Assembly (NCBI GenBank): GCA_022071975.1
Contig: JAJVIO010000034.1
Span: 5,853-69,852, forward strand
From: Planctomycetota bacterium
GTDB lineage: Bacteria; Planctomycetota; UBA8742; UBA2392
Reading direction: 5' to 3'
Length of the DNA stretch: 64,000 bases
In this document: piece by piece, positions 16,594 to 25,164 of the stretch
How the letters are laid out: every line of letters starts with the position of its first letter
How positions within the stretch are numbered: position 1 is the first letter of the stretch
Position numbers and translations under genes: made by a program
The notes under the pieces: model-generated
The model's input: the letters and a program-made list of their open reading frames with translations, nothing else
What the model was told of the DNA's origin: nothing
Databases searched by the model: none

Positions 16594-17913
16594 ATGTTCA
16601 TCTTCCGCAAGTTCAAGGTTGCTCCGCATGAGCGCGCTCTCGCATTCCATGAGGGCGAGTTCCGCACGCTGCTGATGCCGGGCAAGTACAAGCTGCTTGA
16701 CCCGCTGCGCAAGCTGAAGTTCGAGAAGGTCAACCTGCGCGAGGTCTACTTCAAGCACGAGAACCTCGACGTGCTCGCCCGCGAGTTCCTGCTGCGCAAG
16801 AACCTCGACGGCGAGGTCAAGGTACTCGAGCTCGCCGACCACGAGCGCGCCTTCGTGTTCGTCGACGGCCGTTTCGACCGCATCCTCAAGCCGGGCCTGC
16901 ACGTACTGTGGGTCGCCCTGCGCAAGGTGCGCGTCGACGTCGTCGACACGCGCGAGCCGGTCTACGCCTCGGCCGACCTGCCGCGCATCGTGCGCGGCAG
17001 CACGCTGGAGAACGAGGCCAACGTGATCGACCTCAAGGACCACGAGCGCGCCCTGCTGTGGGTGGACAACCGCTTCCGCATGGCGCTGCGCCCGGGCCTC
17101 TACCTGCTGTGGAAGGGACTGCACGACGTTCGCGTCGAGGTAGTGGACGCCTCGGGCGTGCTGTTCAACCACCGCGAGCAGGCGGCCGTGCTGGGCAACG
17201 GCAACACGCAGTACGTGCTGAATCCGTTCACGGTCGAGGCCGGCCAGGTCGGCCTGTGGTTCCTGGACGGCTCGTTCATGGGCCTGCTGAAGCCGGGCAC
17301 CCACGCGTTCTGGACGGGCGTGGGCAAGCTGAAGCTGCTGCTGGTTGAGCTGCGCGAGCGCACGCTGGACATCTCGGGCCAGGAGATCATGACCAACGAC
17401 AAGGTCACGCTGCGGCTCAATGCCGTGCTGACCTACCGCGTCACGGACGCGCTCAAGTCGGTCACGGTCACCGAGGACGCGGCGCAGGCCCTGTATCGCG
17501 AGTCGCAGCTGGCACTGCGCGCGGTGGTCGGCGCCCGCGAGCTGGACGCCCTGCTGACCGACAAGGACGCCGTGGCCGCCGAGCTTGAGGCCATCGTGAA
17601 GGCCAAGGCACCGGAATTCGGCCTCGAGGTGCGTTCGCTCGGCATCCGCGACATCATCCTGCCGGGCGAGATGAAGGAGCTGATGAACAAGGTGACGGAG
17701 GCCAAGAAGGCCGCCGAGGCCGCGCTCATCAACCGCCGCGAAGAGACGGCCGCCGCGCGCATGCAGGCCAACACGGCGAAGATCCTCGAGGGCAACCCGG
17801 TACTCATGAAGCTGCGTGAGCTGGAGGTGCTTGAGAAGGTGGCCGAGAAGTCGAACCTGACGGTCGTGCTGGGAGACGGCGGCCTGAAGGATCGCGTCAC
17901 CAAGCTGCTGTAG
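16594..17913 (+). CDS. SPFH/Band-7 (slipin-like) protein with four N-terminal internal repeats
   Basis: C-terminal half LRLNAVLTYRVTD...RDIILPGEMKELMNKV...EAKKAAEA. The N-terminal half has 4 copies of a ~60-aa unit (HERA..F.DG.F...LKPG.H.LW). GGGGG SD. Confidence 0.9.
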   Translation: MFIFRKFKVAPHERALAFHEGEFRTLLMPGKYKLLDPLRKLKFEKVNLREVYFKHENLDVLAREFLLRKNLDGEVKVLELADHERAFVFVDGRFDRILKPGLHVLWVALRKVRVDVVDTREPVYASADLPRIVRGSTLENEANVIDLKDHERALLWVDNRFRMALRPGLYLLWKGLHDVRVEVVDASGVLFNHREQAAVLGNGNTQYVLNPFTVEAGQVGLWFLDGSFMGLLKPGTHAFWTGVGKLKLLLVELRERTLDISGQEIMTNDKVTLRLNAVLTYRVTDALKSVTVTEDAAQALYRESQLALRAVVGARELDALLTDKDAVAAELEAIVKAKAPEFGLEVRSLGIRDIILPGEMKELMNKVTEAKKAAEAALINRREETAAARMQANTAKILEGNPVLMKLRELEVLEKVAEKSNLTVVLGDGGLKDRVTKLL

Positions 17914-18091
17914 CACCTTCCGGACGGGATGCCTCGGCATCCCGTCCGCCGCTCCGCTCACGCCCGCCTGTGGGCGGGCTACTCCGCTTTTCGGGCAGCG
18001 CACTGCGCTGCCCGAAGGTGGCCGAGAAGTCGAACCTGACGGTCGTGCTGGGAGACGGCGGCCTGAAGGATCGCGTCACCAAGCTGCTGTA
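17835..18091. repeat. 78-bp direct duplication (17835-17912 = 18014-18091) flanking a 101-bp three-hairpin insert
   Basis: The copies are identical by eye apart from the base immediately 3' of each copy (G at 17913 vs A at 18092), which makes the stop codon TAG vs TAA. Insert hairpins are at 17922-17947, 17962-17979 and 17990-18016. Confidence 0.9.
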
Positions 18092-18127
18092 ACGAACGCC
18101 CCCGTGAAAGCGGGGGCGTTTCGTTTG
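18092..18127 (+). terminator. rho-independent terminator
   Basis: acgcccccg-tgaaag-cgggggcgt stem extended by aacga/tcgtt, followed by tttcgtttg. Confidence 0.8.
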
Positions 18128-18255
18128 CCCGGACGATCGGCATGGTGGTGCGGACGTGCTGTCATTCACAGTCCTCTCATCGCGGGATACCTATGGGCAG
18201 GTCGCAAGGGCTGCCCGCGGGGCACCCGGCGCCACCAACGAGAGGAGACTGGAAC

Positions 18256-19077
18256 ATGAGCCAAACCGAGACACTGGACGCCATCGAGACGCTGCGTACC
18301 CGCCAGCAGGCCACTTGGGCTTCCGGCGATTACGCCCGTATCGGCGTCACATTGCAGATCGTCGGCGAAACCCTGTGCGAAGCCATGGATCTGCGCGCCG
18401 GCAGCCGCGTGCTGGACGTTGCCGGCGGCAACGGCAACGCCACACTGGCCGCGGCGCGCCGCTTTTGCGACGTGGTATCGAGCGACTACGTACCCGCCCT
18501 GCTGGCCGGTGGTGAAGCCCGCGCCCGCGCCGAGGGGCAGGATGTCCGCTTCGTGGAAGCCGTCGCCGAGTCGCTGCCGTTCGAGAATGACTCCTTCGAC
18601 GCCGTGATGTCCACCTTCGGCGTGATGTTCGCGGCCGACCACCAGCGCGCCGCCGCCGAGATGCTGCGCGTCTGCAAGCCGGGCGGCGTGATCGGCATGG
18701 CGAACTGGACGCCCGCCGGCTTCATCGGCCAGCTGTTCAAAGTTGTGGGGCGTCACGTGCCGCCCCCGCCGCAGGCCGTGTCTCCCCTGCGCTGGGGCAC
18801 TGAAGAGGGCCTGCGCGAGTACTTCAAGCCGCAGGACGCGCTGCTGGACGTCACGCCGCGCATTTACACCTTCCGCTACTTGTCGGCGCAGCACTTCATT
18901 GACGTGTTCCGCACGTGGTACGGGCCGGTGTTGAAGGCGTTTGCAGCCCTTGGCCCGGACAAGGGGCCGGCGCTTGAAGCCGAGCTGCACGCGCTGCTGA
19001 CGGAGTGGAACCGCTCCGGCGACGACAGTCTGGTGGTCCCCGCCGAGTACGTGGAAGTGCTGGTCACGAAGGAGTAG
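18256..19077 (+). CDS. class I SAM-dependent methyltransferase
   Basis: VLDVAGGNGNATL (motif I) and VCKPGGVIGMANW. AGGAGA SD before ATG 18256. Confidence 0.9.
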   Translation: MSQTETLDAIETLRTRQQATWASGDYARIGVTLQIVGETLCEAMDLRAGSRVLDVAGGNGNATLAAARRFCDVVSSDYVPALLAGGEARARAEGQDVRFVEAVAESLPFENDSFDAVMSTFGVMFAADHQRAAAEMLRVCKPGGVIGMANWTPAGFIGQLFKVVGRHVPPPPQAVSPLRWGTEEGLREYFKPQDALLDVTPRIYTFRYLSAQHFIDVFRTWYGPVLKAFAALGPDKGPALEAELHALLTEWNRSGDDSLVVPAEYVEVLVTKE

Positions 19078-19099
19078 CCGCCAGCCACCGACAAATGAA

Positions 19100-19127
19100 C
19101 AAGGGAGAGCTCACGGGCTCTCCCTTG
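19100..19127. terminator. bidirectional hairpin between convergent genes
   Basis: caagggagagc-tcacgg-gctctcccttg, an 11-bp perfect stem. Confidence 0.6.
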
Positions 19128-19147
19128 GCATTTGACACGAGACGTCA

Positions 19148-20428
19148 CTAGTTGCCGCGCTGCTGCTCGGCTTCACCAACGCGCCTGAGCGCAAGCATCA
19201 TGGCGGCCGTGCGCTTGCTGCACTTTTCCTGGCGCGCGAGCGTGTGCACGTCCATGAAGGCTTTGCGCATCTTGCGGTCGAGCTCCTGGTTCACGCGGTC
19301 CTCGTCCCAGTAGAACTGGGTCAGGTTCTGCGACCACTCGAAATAGCTGACGGTCACGCCGCCGGCGTTCGCGAGAATATCCGGGATCACCGTGATGCCG
19401 CGCTCATGCAGCTCTTCGTCGGCCTCGGGCATGGTCGGATGGTTGGCGCCCTCCACGATCAGCGGCGCCTTGATGTGCGTGCAGTTGTCGGGCGTGATCA
19501 CGTCGCCGATCGCGGCCGGGATCAGGCAGTCCACGGGCAGGGCCAGCAGGTCCTGGTTGTTCATCACCTCAGCGCCGGGGAAGCCGGACACCGTGCGCTT
19601 TTCCTTGAACCAGTCGAACAGGGCCGGCACGTCGAGGCCCTTCTCGTTGTAAACGCCGCCCTTCACGTCGGTGATCGCCACGACCTTGCCGCCGCGCTCA
19701 TGCCAGAAGTGAGCGCAATAGCTGCCCACGTTGCCGAAGCCCTGGATCGCCGCCGTCTTGCCTTCAAGCTTGTCGCCGCGCGACTTGTAGAAAGCATCCG
19801 CGACGGTGATCACGCCATAGGCTGTGGCCGTGATGCGGCCCTGGCTGCCGCCCAGCGCGACGGGCTTGCCGGTCACCACGCCCGGACTGTAGCCGCGGCG
19901 TGAGCTGTACTCGTCCATCAGCCAGGCCATCACCTGGCCGTCGGTGCCCATGTCGGGGGCGGGGATGTCGCGGTGCGGCCCGAGCACGATGGCGATACGC
20001 GCGGTAAACTTGCGCGTCATACGCTCGAGCTCGGTCATGCTCATGTTCATGGGGTCGCAGGCCACGCCGCCCTTGGCGCCCCCGAAGGGTACGTCGATCA
20101 GCGCGGTCTTCCAGGTCATCAGGCTGGCCAGCGCGCGTACTTCGTCTTTATCGACCTCGGGGTGGTAGCGGATACCGCCCTTCCAGGGGCCGCGCGCGCC
20201 GTTGTGCTGCACGCGGAAGCCGGCGTAAACGTGGATCTTGCCGCTGTCCATGCGGACGGGCACGGCCACTTCGATTTCCCGGAACGGCGTCTTCAGGATC
20301 TGCCGCAGCTCATCAGCCATGCTCAGCCGGTCAGCGGCCTTGTCGAACAGCTCGTTAACTGCCTCGTAGGCGTTGTATCGATGCGTGGACGACTTGTAGC
20401 GTCCCGTGGTGCGCGTGGTCATGTACAC
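19148..20428 (-). CDS. gdhA: Glu/Leu/Phe/Val dehydrogenase family, glutamate dehydrogenase
   Basis: GPWKGGIRYHP, VPFGGAKGG and GFGNVG Rossmann motifs. Confidence 0.95.
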   Translation of the reverse strand: MYMTTRTTGRYKSSTHRYNAYEAVNELFDKAADRLSMADELRQILKTPFREIEVAVPVRMDSGKIHVYAGFRVQHNGARGPWKGGIRYHPEVDKDEVRALASLMTWKTALIDVPFGGAKGGVACDPMNMSMTELERMTRKFTARIAIVLGPHRDIPAPDMGTDGQVMAWLMDEYSSRRGYSPGVVTGKPVALGGSQGRITATAYGVITVADAFYKSRGDKLEGKTAAIQGFGNVGSYCAHFWHERGGKVVAITDVKGGVYNEKGLDVPALFDWFKEKRTVSGFPGAEVMNNQDLLALPVDCLIPAAIGDVITPDNCTHIKAPLIVEGANHPTMPEADEELHERGITVIPDILANAGGVTVSYFEWSQNLTQFYWDEDRVNQELDRKMRKAFMDVHTLARQEKCSKRTAAMMLALRRVGEAEQQRGN

Positions 20429-20566
20429 TTCCCGGCGTGCTCGCCCAACCTCTGATGCGTTCGCAACCCGTCAGGTGAAGCCACACCCGAACCGGGATGC
20501 CTTCAAGTCGGCGGACTATGCCTTTTCCGGGTGATGCGCGCAAATGGGGGGATGGCGAGACTTCAG

Positions 20567-20998
20567 TTACGCTTTAGCCGGTGTGCCGGCCGTCTTGTCT
20601 TTCAGGCCGAAGTCGGCCAGCGTGTAGCGCTCCAGCACCTTGCCGATCTGGTCTTCTACCTCACCGAACACTTCGCGCATCAGGCAGTCGCCGTAGAGCG
20701 TGCAGTCGGATTCCGTGGCGAAGCACTCGAAAACCCGGGTGGGGCCGTCAATCTCGGTCAGGATTTCCTGCAGCGTCACTTCTTCGGGCTCAACGGCCAG
20801 CACGAAGCCGCCGCTGGGCCCTTTCAGGCTGCGCACCACGCCCTTGCGGGCAAGCTGCTGCAAAATCTTGGACAGGAACGCCTTGGGGATCATCAGCTTT
20901 TCAGCGATTTCGCTTAATGTAACCGGGCCGCGCGCGCGGCGGTCGGCCAGGTACATCAGGGCACGCAGGCCGTAATCACTTTTTCTGCTGAAGATCAA
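20567..20998 (-). CDS. Rrf2-family transcriptional regulator (Cys-containing)
   Basis: [18 protein letters not shown]... and [17 protein letters not shown]. Cys ligand pattern [14 protein letters not shown]. Confidence 0.9.
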   Translation of the reverse strand: MIFSRKSDYGLRALMYLADRRARGPVTLSEIAEKLMIPKAFLSKILQQLARKGVVRSLKGPSGGFVLAVEPEEVTLQEILTEIDGPTRVFECFATESDCTLYGDCLMREVFGEVEDQIGKVLERYTLADFGLKDKTAGTPAKA

Positions 20999-21121
20999 TT
21001 GCGATCCTTATTGCCCCGAAAACTGGACAAAGCTTGTCCTGTTCAGTACATCCGCCCTCAGGCCGGGTGTCAAGCACGGGCACGCTTTCTGCCGGGGTGT
21101 AAACTGCGGCCGGAGACCAAC

Positions 21122-21595
21122 ATGAAAACCCACACCGAGTACCTGTACTTTCACACGAAGCACAAGCGCGAATACATCCGCATCACCGACAAGGTCGAGC
21201 AGGCGGTGCGCGAATCGGGCGTGCGCGAGGGCATGGCGCTGGTCAGCGCCATGCACATCACCGCGGGAGTCTGGGTGAACGACGCCGAGGATGGGCTGCT
21301 GGACGACATCGACCACTGGCTGGAAAGCCTGACGCCCTACGGCGCTTACCCGGAGATCAAGTGGCCCAAGCCGGGCGAAGAAGGCCCCGTGCAGGCCGTG
21401 CGCCACGAGTACAAACACCACCGCACCGGCGAGGACAACGGCGACAGCCACCTGAAGAGCATCCTGGTACACCACCAGGTGATGGTGCCCATCACCGACG
21501 GCCGCCTCGACTTAGGCACCTGGCAGCAGATCTACTACGCCGAGTTCGACGGCCAGAGGCGCAAACGCGTGATCATCAAGGTGATGGGAGAGTAG
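21122..21595 (+). CDS. YjbQ/UPF0047 family (secondary thiamine-phosphate synthase-like) protein
   Basis: [36 protein letters not shown]... and [13 protein letters not shown]. Confidence 0.9.
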   Translation: MKTHTEYLYFHTKHKREYIRITDKVEQAVRESGVREGMALVSAMHITAGVWVNDAEDGLLDDIDHWLESLTPYGAYPEIKWPKPGEEGPVQAVRHEYKHHRTGEDNGDSHLKSILVHHQVMVPITDGRLDLGTWQQIYYAEFDGQRRKRVIIKVMGE

Positions 21596-21597
21596 CA

Positions 21598-21828
21598 ATG
21601 CGCTGGGAAGCGGACTCATTCCTGAAGTGGACCGAGTATCCCTGGTGGCTGCGCTGGCTGATCTGCTTGATCCCCATCGGCATTGCTATCGTGCTGCTCG
21701 CCAACGGCCGCTTCATGTACTGGCTTTGGGGTATCGGCGGTGTGCTTTGCCTGATCAACCTGTACCTGACCTGGAATGAGATCCTTGACCGCTTCATGCC
21801 CCGCAAAGGACATGACGACGAGCGCTAA
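21598..21828 (+). CDS. small membrane protein (76 aa)
   Basis: ATG is 2 nt after the yjbQ-like stop. Two TM helices (WWLRWLICLIPIGIAIVLLA, WLWGIGGVLCLINLYL). Confidence 0.55.
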   Translation: MRWEADSFLKWTEYPWWLRWLICLIPIGIAIVLLANGRFMYWLWGIGGVLCLINLYLTWNEILDRFMPRKGHDDER

Positions 21829-22505
21829 GCGAGCAACTTCGGCAACTCGCGGATGTCGTTGATGCGGGCGTTGGCCTCGGCCAGTTCTTCCGTCGGTCCG
21901 TAGCCGTAGGTGCAGCCCACAAACCAAAGCCCGCAGGCCATGGCGGCTTCACCGTCGTGGATGCGGTCCCCCACCATCACGCCGGTTTTTGCCCCCACCG
22001 TGTCCAGGCCGCGCTGCAGCTCGCCGGCCTTGGTGAACTCGCGGCCACGACCGGCCGCGGCGCGGAAGTGCAGCAGTTCATCCAGCGCGAAGGTTTCGAC
22101 AACGGCGTCCATGTAGTCCTGGCTGCAGTTGCTGACCAGCAGCAGCTTGTGGCCGCTCGCGCGCAACTCGGCCAGCACCTCGCGCGCGCCCTCGAACAGC
22201 CTGCCGCTGCCGTCCTTCAGGAAAGCCTTTTCCACGGCGCTGGCGGCGCGGTGCAGGTCCATGGCCTTGTGCTTGAGCGGTTGCGGCAGCAGCTCGGCAT
22301 AGAAGATGTAGGGCGGTTTGCCGATCTGGCGGCGGATGGCGGCTTCGTCCGGCGGCGCATCCAGCCCCGGCAGGTCGCCGGCCGCCATCAGTGTTTCGAA
22401 CGCCAGGTGAATCGCGCGCGCGCCGAAGTCGCCGCTGTTCAACAGCGTGCCGTCCATGTCGAACGCCACGCAGTCCAGGTGTGTGCCGGTCCAGGGATAA
22501 GCCAT
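21825..22505 (-). CDS. HAD-superfamily hydrolase (phosphoglycolate phosphatase-like)
   Basis: Preferred start MAYPWTG. CVAFDMDGTLLNS is the DxD motif. ...LVSNCS... and VGDRIHDGEAA. Confidence 0.85.
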   Translation of the reverse strand: MAYPWTGTHLDCVAFDMDGTLLNSGDFGARAIHLAFETLMAAGDLPGLDAPPDEAAIRRQIGKPPYIFYAELLPQPLKHKAMDLHRAASAVEKAFLKDGSGRLFEGAREVLAELRASGHKLLLVSNCSQDYMDAVVETFALDELLHFRAAAGRGREFTKAGELQRGLDTVGAKTGVMVGDRIHDGEAAMACGLWFVGCTYGYGPTEELAEANARINDIRELPKLLA

Positions 22506-22576
22506 GCCGGGATAGTAGTAGGGGTGGCCCCACGTGGCCACCCGGCTCACTCGGGCCGCCGCACGGGGGGCGGCCC

Positions 22577-23767
22577 CTAGACCAGCTCGATCAGCGTGAT
22601 CTCGGGCGGGCAGTTGATGCGCACGGGCATCCACTGGCCTGTGCCGCTGTTGACGTACAGCTTTCGGCCATTGTGCTCATACTCGCCCGCGTGGTACAGC
22701 TCGACTGGCAACACGGGCGACAGCTCGTACTGGCCGATGCGCCCCATGCTTACCTGCCCGCCGTGGGTGTGGCCGGAAAGTTGCAGGTCGATCGGACGTT
22801 CACGCCCTTCATGGAAGCTGCTGGGGTTATGCGCCAGCACGATGCGCGGCGCGCCGTCGTCGGCGACGTCTTTGAGAGCTTCGTCGAAACTGGCCTTGGG
22901 CTGGCGACGGCCGGGGTAATCCACGCCCAGCATCCACAGGTGGTCGCCGCCCACCCGGATCCGTTGGCTGGCGTCACGCAGCATCACGCAACCGGTCTGC
23001 TCAATACCCGCGATCAGCTGCTCTAGTTGCGGGCCCGCCGCGTAGTACTCGTGGTTGCCGAGGCACATGAACACGCCGTGGCGGTGCTTGACACCGCGCA
23101 ACATCATCTGCGCGTCCTCGAGCTGCTCCATGGCGTGGTCGAGCAGGTCGCCGGTGCACACCACGATGTCCGGGTCCTGGGCGTTGACCATCTGCACGAT
23201 CTCGCGCAAGCGTTCGGTCTTCACGAAGCGGCCGATGTGCACGTCGCTGAACTGGGCGATGCGCAGGCCGTGCAGGTTTGTCAGCTCGCGCGGCACGGGC
23301 AGGGTCACGGTGCGTATCACCGGGTCGCGCATGGCGCCGATCGCGCCTATGCCCGAGCCTGCGATAATCGCGGCCGGCGGCACCAGGGCCGCGCGCTTCA
23401 GCCATTCACGTCTTGACAGGTCAACGCTCTCGGGGCGCAACCGCGCGCGCAGCTTCAGCGCCGCAAAGGCCGGGAAGCTGAACGCGATCAGCCACGCGCC
23501 GTAGCACAGCACCGCGAACTGAATCGCCATGCTAGGCACAGACAGCCACAACGGCGCGTCGGAGCGAAAGACCCGCAGGGCATCCGCCTTGAACGGCATC
23601 AGCATGGTGGGCAGCAACGGCAGCCAGAAGAGCACGGCCAGCAGGATGCGCGCGCGCCGCCTGCGGGCGGGGAAGGCCGTGGAAACCCGCACCCACAGCG
23701 CCCAGAACACCAGCGCGTTGACAGCAACCATCAGCAGGGCAAGCCGCATGAAGGCAGTATATTCCAC
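22577..23767 (-). CDS. membrane-anchored metallophosphoesterase (N-terminal multi-TM + calcineurin-like domain), paralog 1
   Basis: FSDVHIG, TGDLLDH, GNHEY and SGHTHGGQ motifs. C-terminus INCPPEITLIELV. Confidence 0.9.
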   Translation of the reverse strand: MEYTAFMRLALLMVAVNALVFWALWVRVSTAFPARRRRARILLAVLFWLPLLPTMLMPFKADALRVFRSDAPLWLSVPSMAIQFAVLCYGAWLIAFSFPAFAALKLRARLRPESVDLSRREWLKRAALVPPAAIIAGSGIGAIGAMRDPVIRTVTLPVPRELTNLHGLRIAQFSDVHIGRFVKTERLREIVQMVNAQDPDIVVCTGDLLDHAMEQLEDAQMMLRGVKHRHGVFMCLGNHEYYAAGPQLEQLIAGIEQTGCVMLRDASQRIRVGGDHLWMLGVDYPGRRQPKASFDEALKDVADDGAPRIVLAHNPSSFHEGRERPIDLQLSGHTHGGQVSMGRIGQYELSPVLPVELYHAGEYEHNGRKLYVNSGTGQWMPVRINCPPEITLIELV

Positions 23768-23802
23768 GCGGCGCGACCGCGCGGACGGAAACTCGGGAAT
23801 CC

Positions 23803-25107
23803 TTACACCAGCTCGATCAGCGTGATCTCGGGTGGGCAGTTGACGCGTACGGGCATCCAGCCGCCGGCGCCCTGGTTCACGTACAGCTGGCGGCCCTGGT
23901 ACTCATAGTGCCCGTTGTGGTAGAGCTCGAAGGGCAGCACCGGGCTGAAGTTCCAGTCGCCGATGCGCCCCAGCACCAGCTGCCCGCCGTGGGTGTGGCC
24001 TGAAAGCATCAGGTCCAGCTGCATCTCGCGCCCCTCGATGAAGCTGCCCGGGTGGTGCGCCAGCACGATGCGCGGCGCGCCGTCGTCGGCCATCTGACCC
24101 AGTGTGTACTCGAGGCTCTCGCGCCGCGTGCGTTGCTTCAGCTCTTCCATGAACGGGCCCATGGCGTAGTCGATGCCGCCCAGCCACAGGTGGTCGCCGC
24201 CGACCTGCAGTTTGCGGGCCTCGTCGATCAGCAGGCCGGGGCAGGCCTCGCGCAGGCCGTCGATGATCGGCTTGATGTCGCCGTCGCGGGCGGGGATGTA
24301 CTCGTGGTTGCCCATGCACATGAACACCTCGCGCCTGGGCTTCAGCCCGCGCAGGAAGCGCTGGGCCTCCGGCAACTGGTCGATGTGATTGTCGAGCAGG
24401 TCGCCGGTCATCAGGTGATAATCCGCGCCCGTGGCGTTCATGGCATCGCGGATTTCGTCCAGCCGCCCTGCGTCCATGTAGCTGCCGATGTGCACGTCGC
24501 TGACCTGGGCGAACGTCAGCCCGTGCAGGCCGGTCATCTCGCGCGGGACGCGCAGTCTCAAGCGAGTAACCACAGGCGCCTGGCGCGCGGCGATGGCGCC
24601 CCCCACCGCCGTGGCGACAATTGCCGCCGGCAACGCCAGCCCCGCCTTGGCCAGTGCCTTGCGCCGTTCCTCGTTCACGATCTCGCGCTCGGCGGGCGTG
24701 CCGTCGGGCTTGCGGGCCAGGCGGCGCAGGCGCTTGTAGGCATCGATGAAGGCACCCGGCGTGCCCTTGATCAGCAGCACGCCGCCGTAGACCCAGGTGG
24801 CGAGCTGGAAGGTCATGGCCGTGATCTGCGCCCACTCGGGCACCTGCTGGCGGAACGACATCATGCCGGAAACGCCGCCGAACAGCATGAACAGGCCGGG
24901 GTGCAGCAGGATCAGCATGGCCACGCCGACCACGATGCTCACCAGGTTGCCGCGTTTCGGAAAGGCGTGCAGCAGGCGCCGGCGCAGGGTGATGAACGTG
25001 AGCACGTTCAACACCGTGACCAGGAAACCGATCAACATGAACACGTACTGGACCATCGCGCCAGTGTAACCGACCGATAGCGCTCCGTATTCCGGGTATC
25101 GGTCCAA
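23803..25107 (-). CDS. membrane-anchored metallophosphoesterase, paralog 2
   Basis: VSDVHIG, TGDLLDN, GNHEY and SGHTHGGQ motifs. C-terminus VNCPPEITLIELV. Confidence 0.9.
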   Translation of the reverse strand: MDRYPEYGALSVGYTGAMVQYVFMLIGFLVTVLNVLTFITLRRRLLHAFPKRGNLVSIVVGVAMLILLHPGLFMLFGGVSGMMSFRQQVPEWAQITAMTFQLATWVYGGVLLIKGTPGAFIDAYKRLRRLARKPDGTPAEREIVNEERRKALAKAGLALPAAIVATAVGGAIAARQAPVVTRLRLRVPREMTGLHGLTFAQVSDVHIGSYMDAGRLDEIRDAMNATGADYHLMTGDLLDNHIDQLPEAQRFLRGLKPRREVFMCMGNHEYIPARDGDIKPIIDGLREACPGLLIDEARKLQVGGDHLWLGGIDYAMGPFMEELKQRTRRESLEYTLGQMADDGAPRIVLAHHPGSFIEGREMQLDLMLSGHTHGGQLVLGRIGDWNFSPVLPFELYHNGHYEYQGRQLYVNQGAGGWMPVRVNCPPEITLIELV

Positions 25108-25164
25108 GCGGTTTGGCCGAGCGCTGCCTGAAAAAATCTGATTTCATCTGATTGGCCCCGCTCC

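Noticed and set aside
16396-18003. 535-aa minus-strand ORF
   Set aside because: Antisense shadow of the SPFH gene. It also runs through the non-coding hairpin insert.
17835-18091. Diversity-generating retroelement (VR at the gene's 3' end plus a downstream TR)
   Set aside because: The two 78-bp copies are identical; the sole G/A difference lies one base past each copy, in the stop codon. There is no adenine-specific variation pattern, and no reverse transcriptase gene lies nearby.
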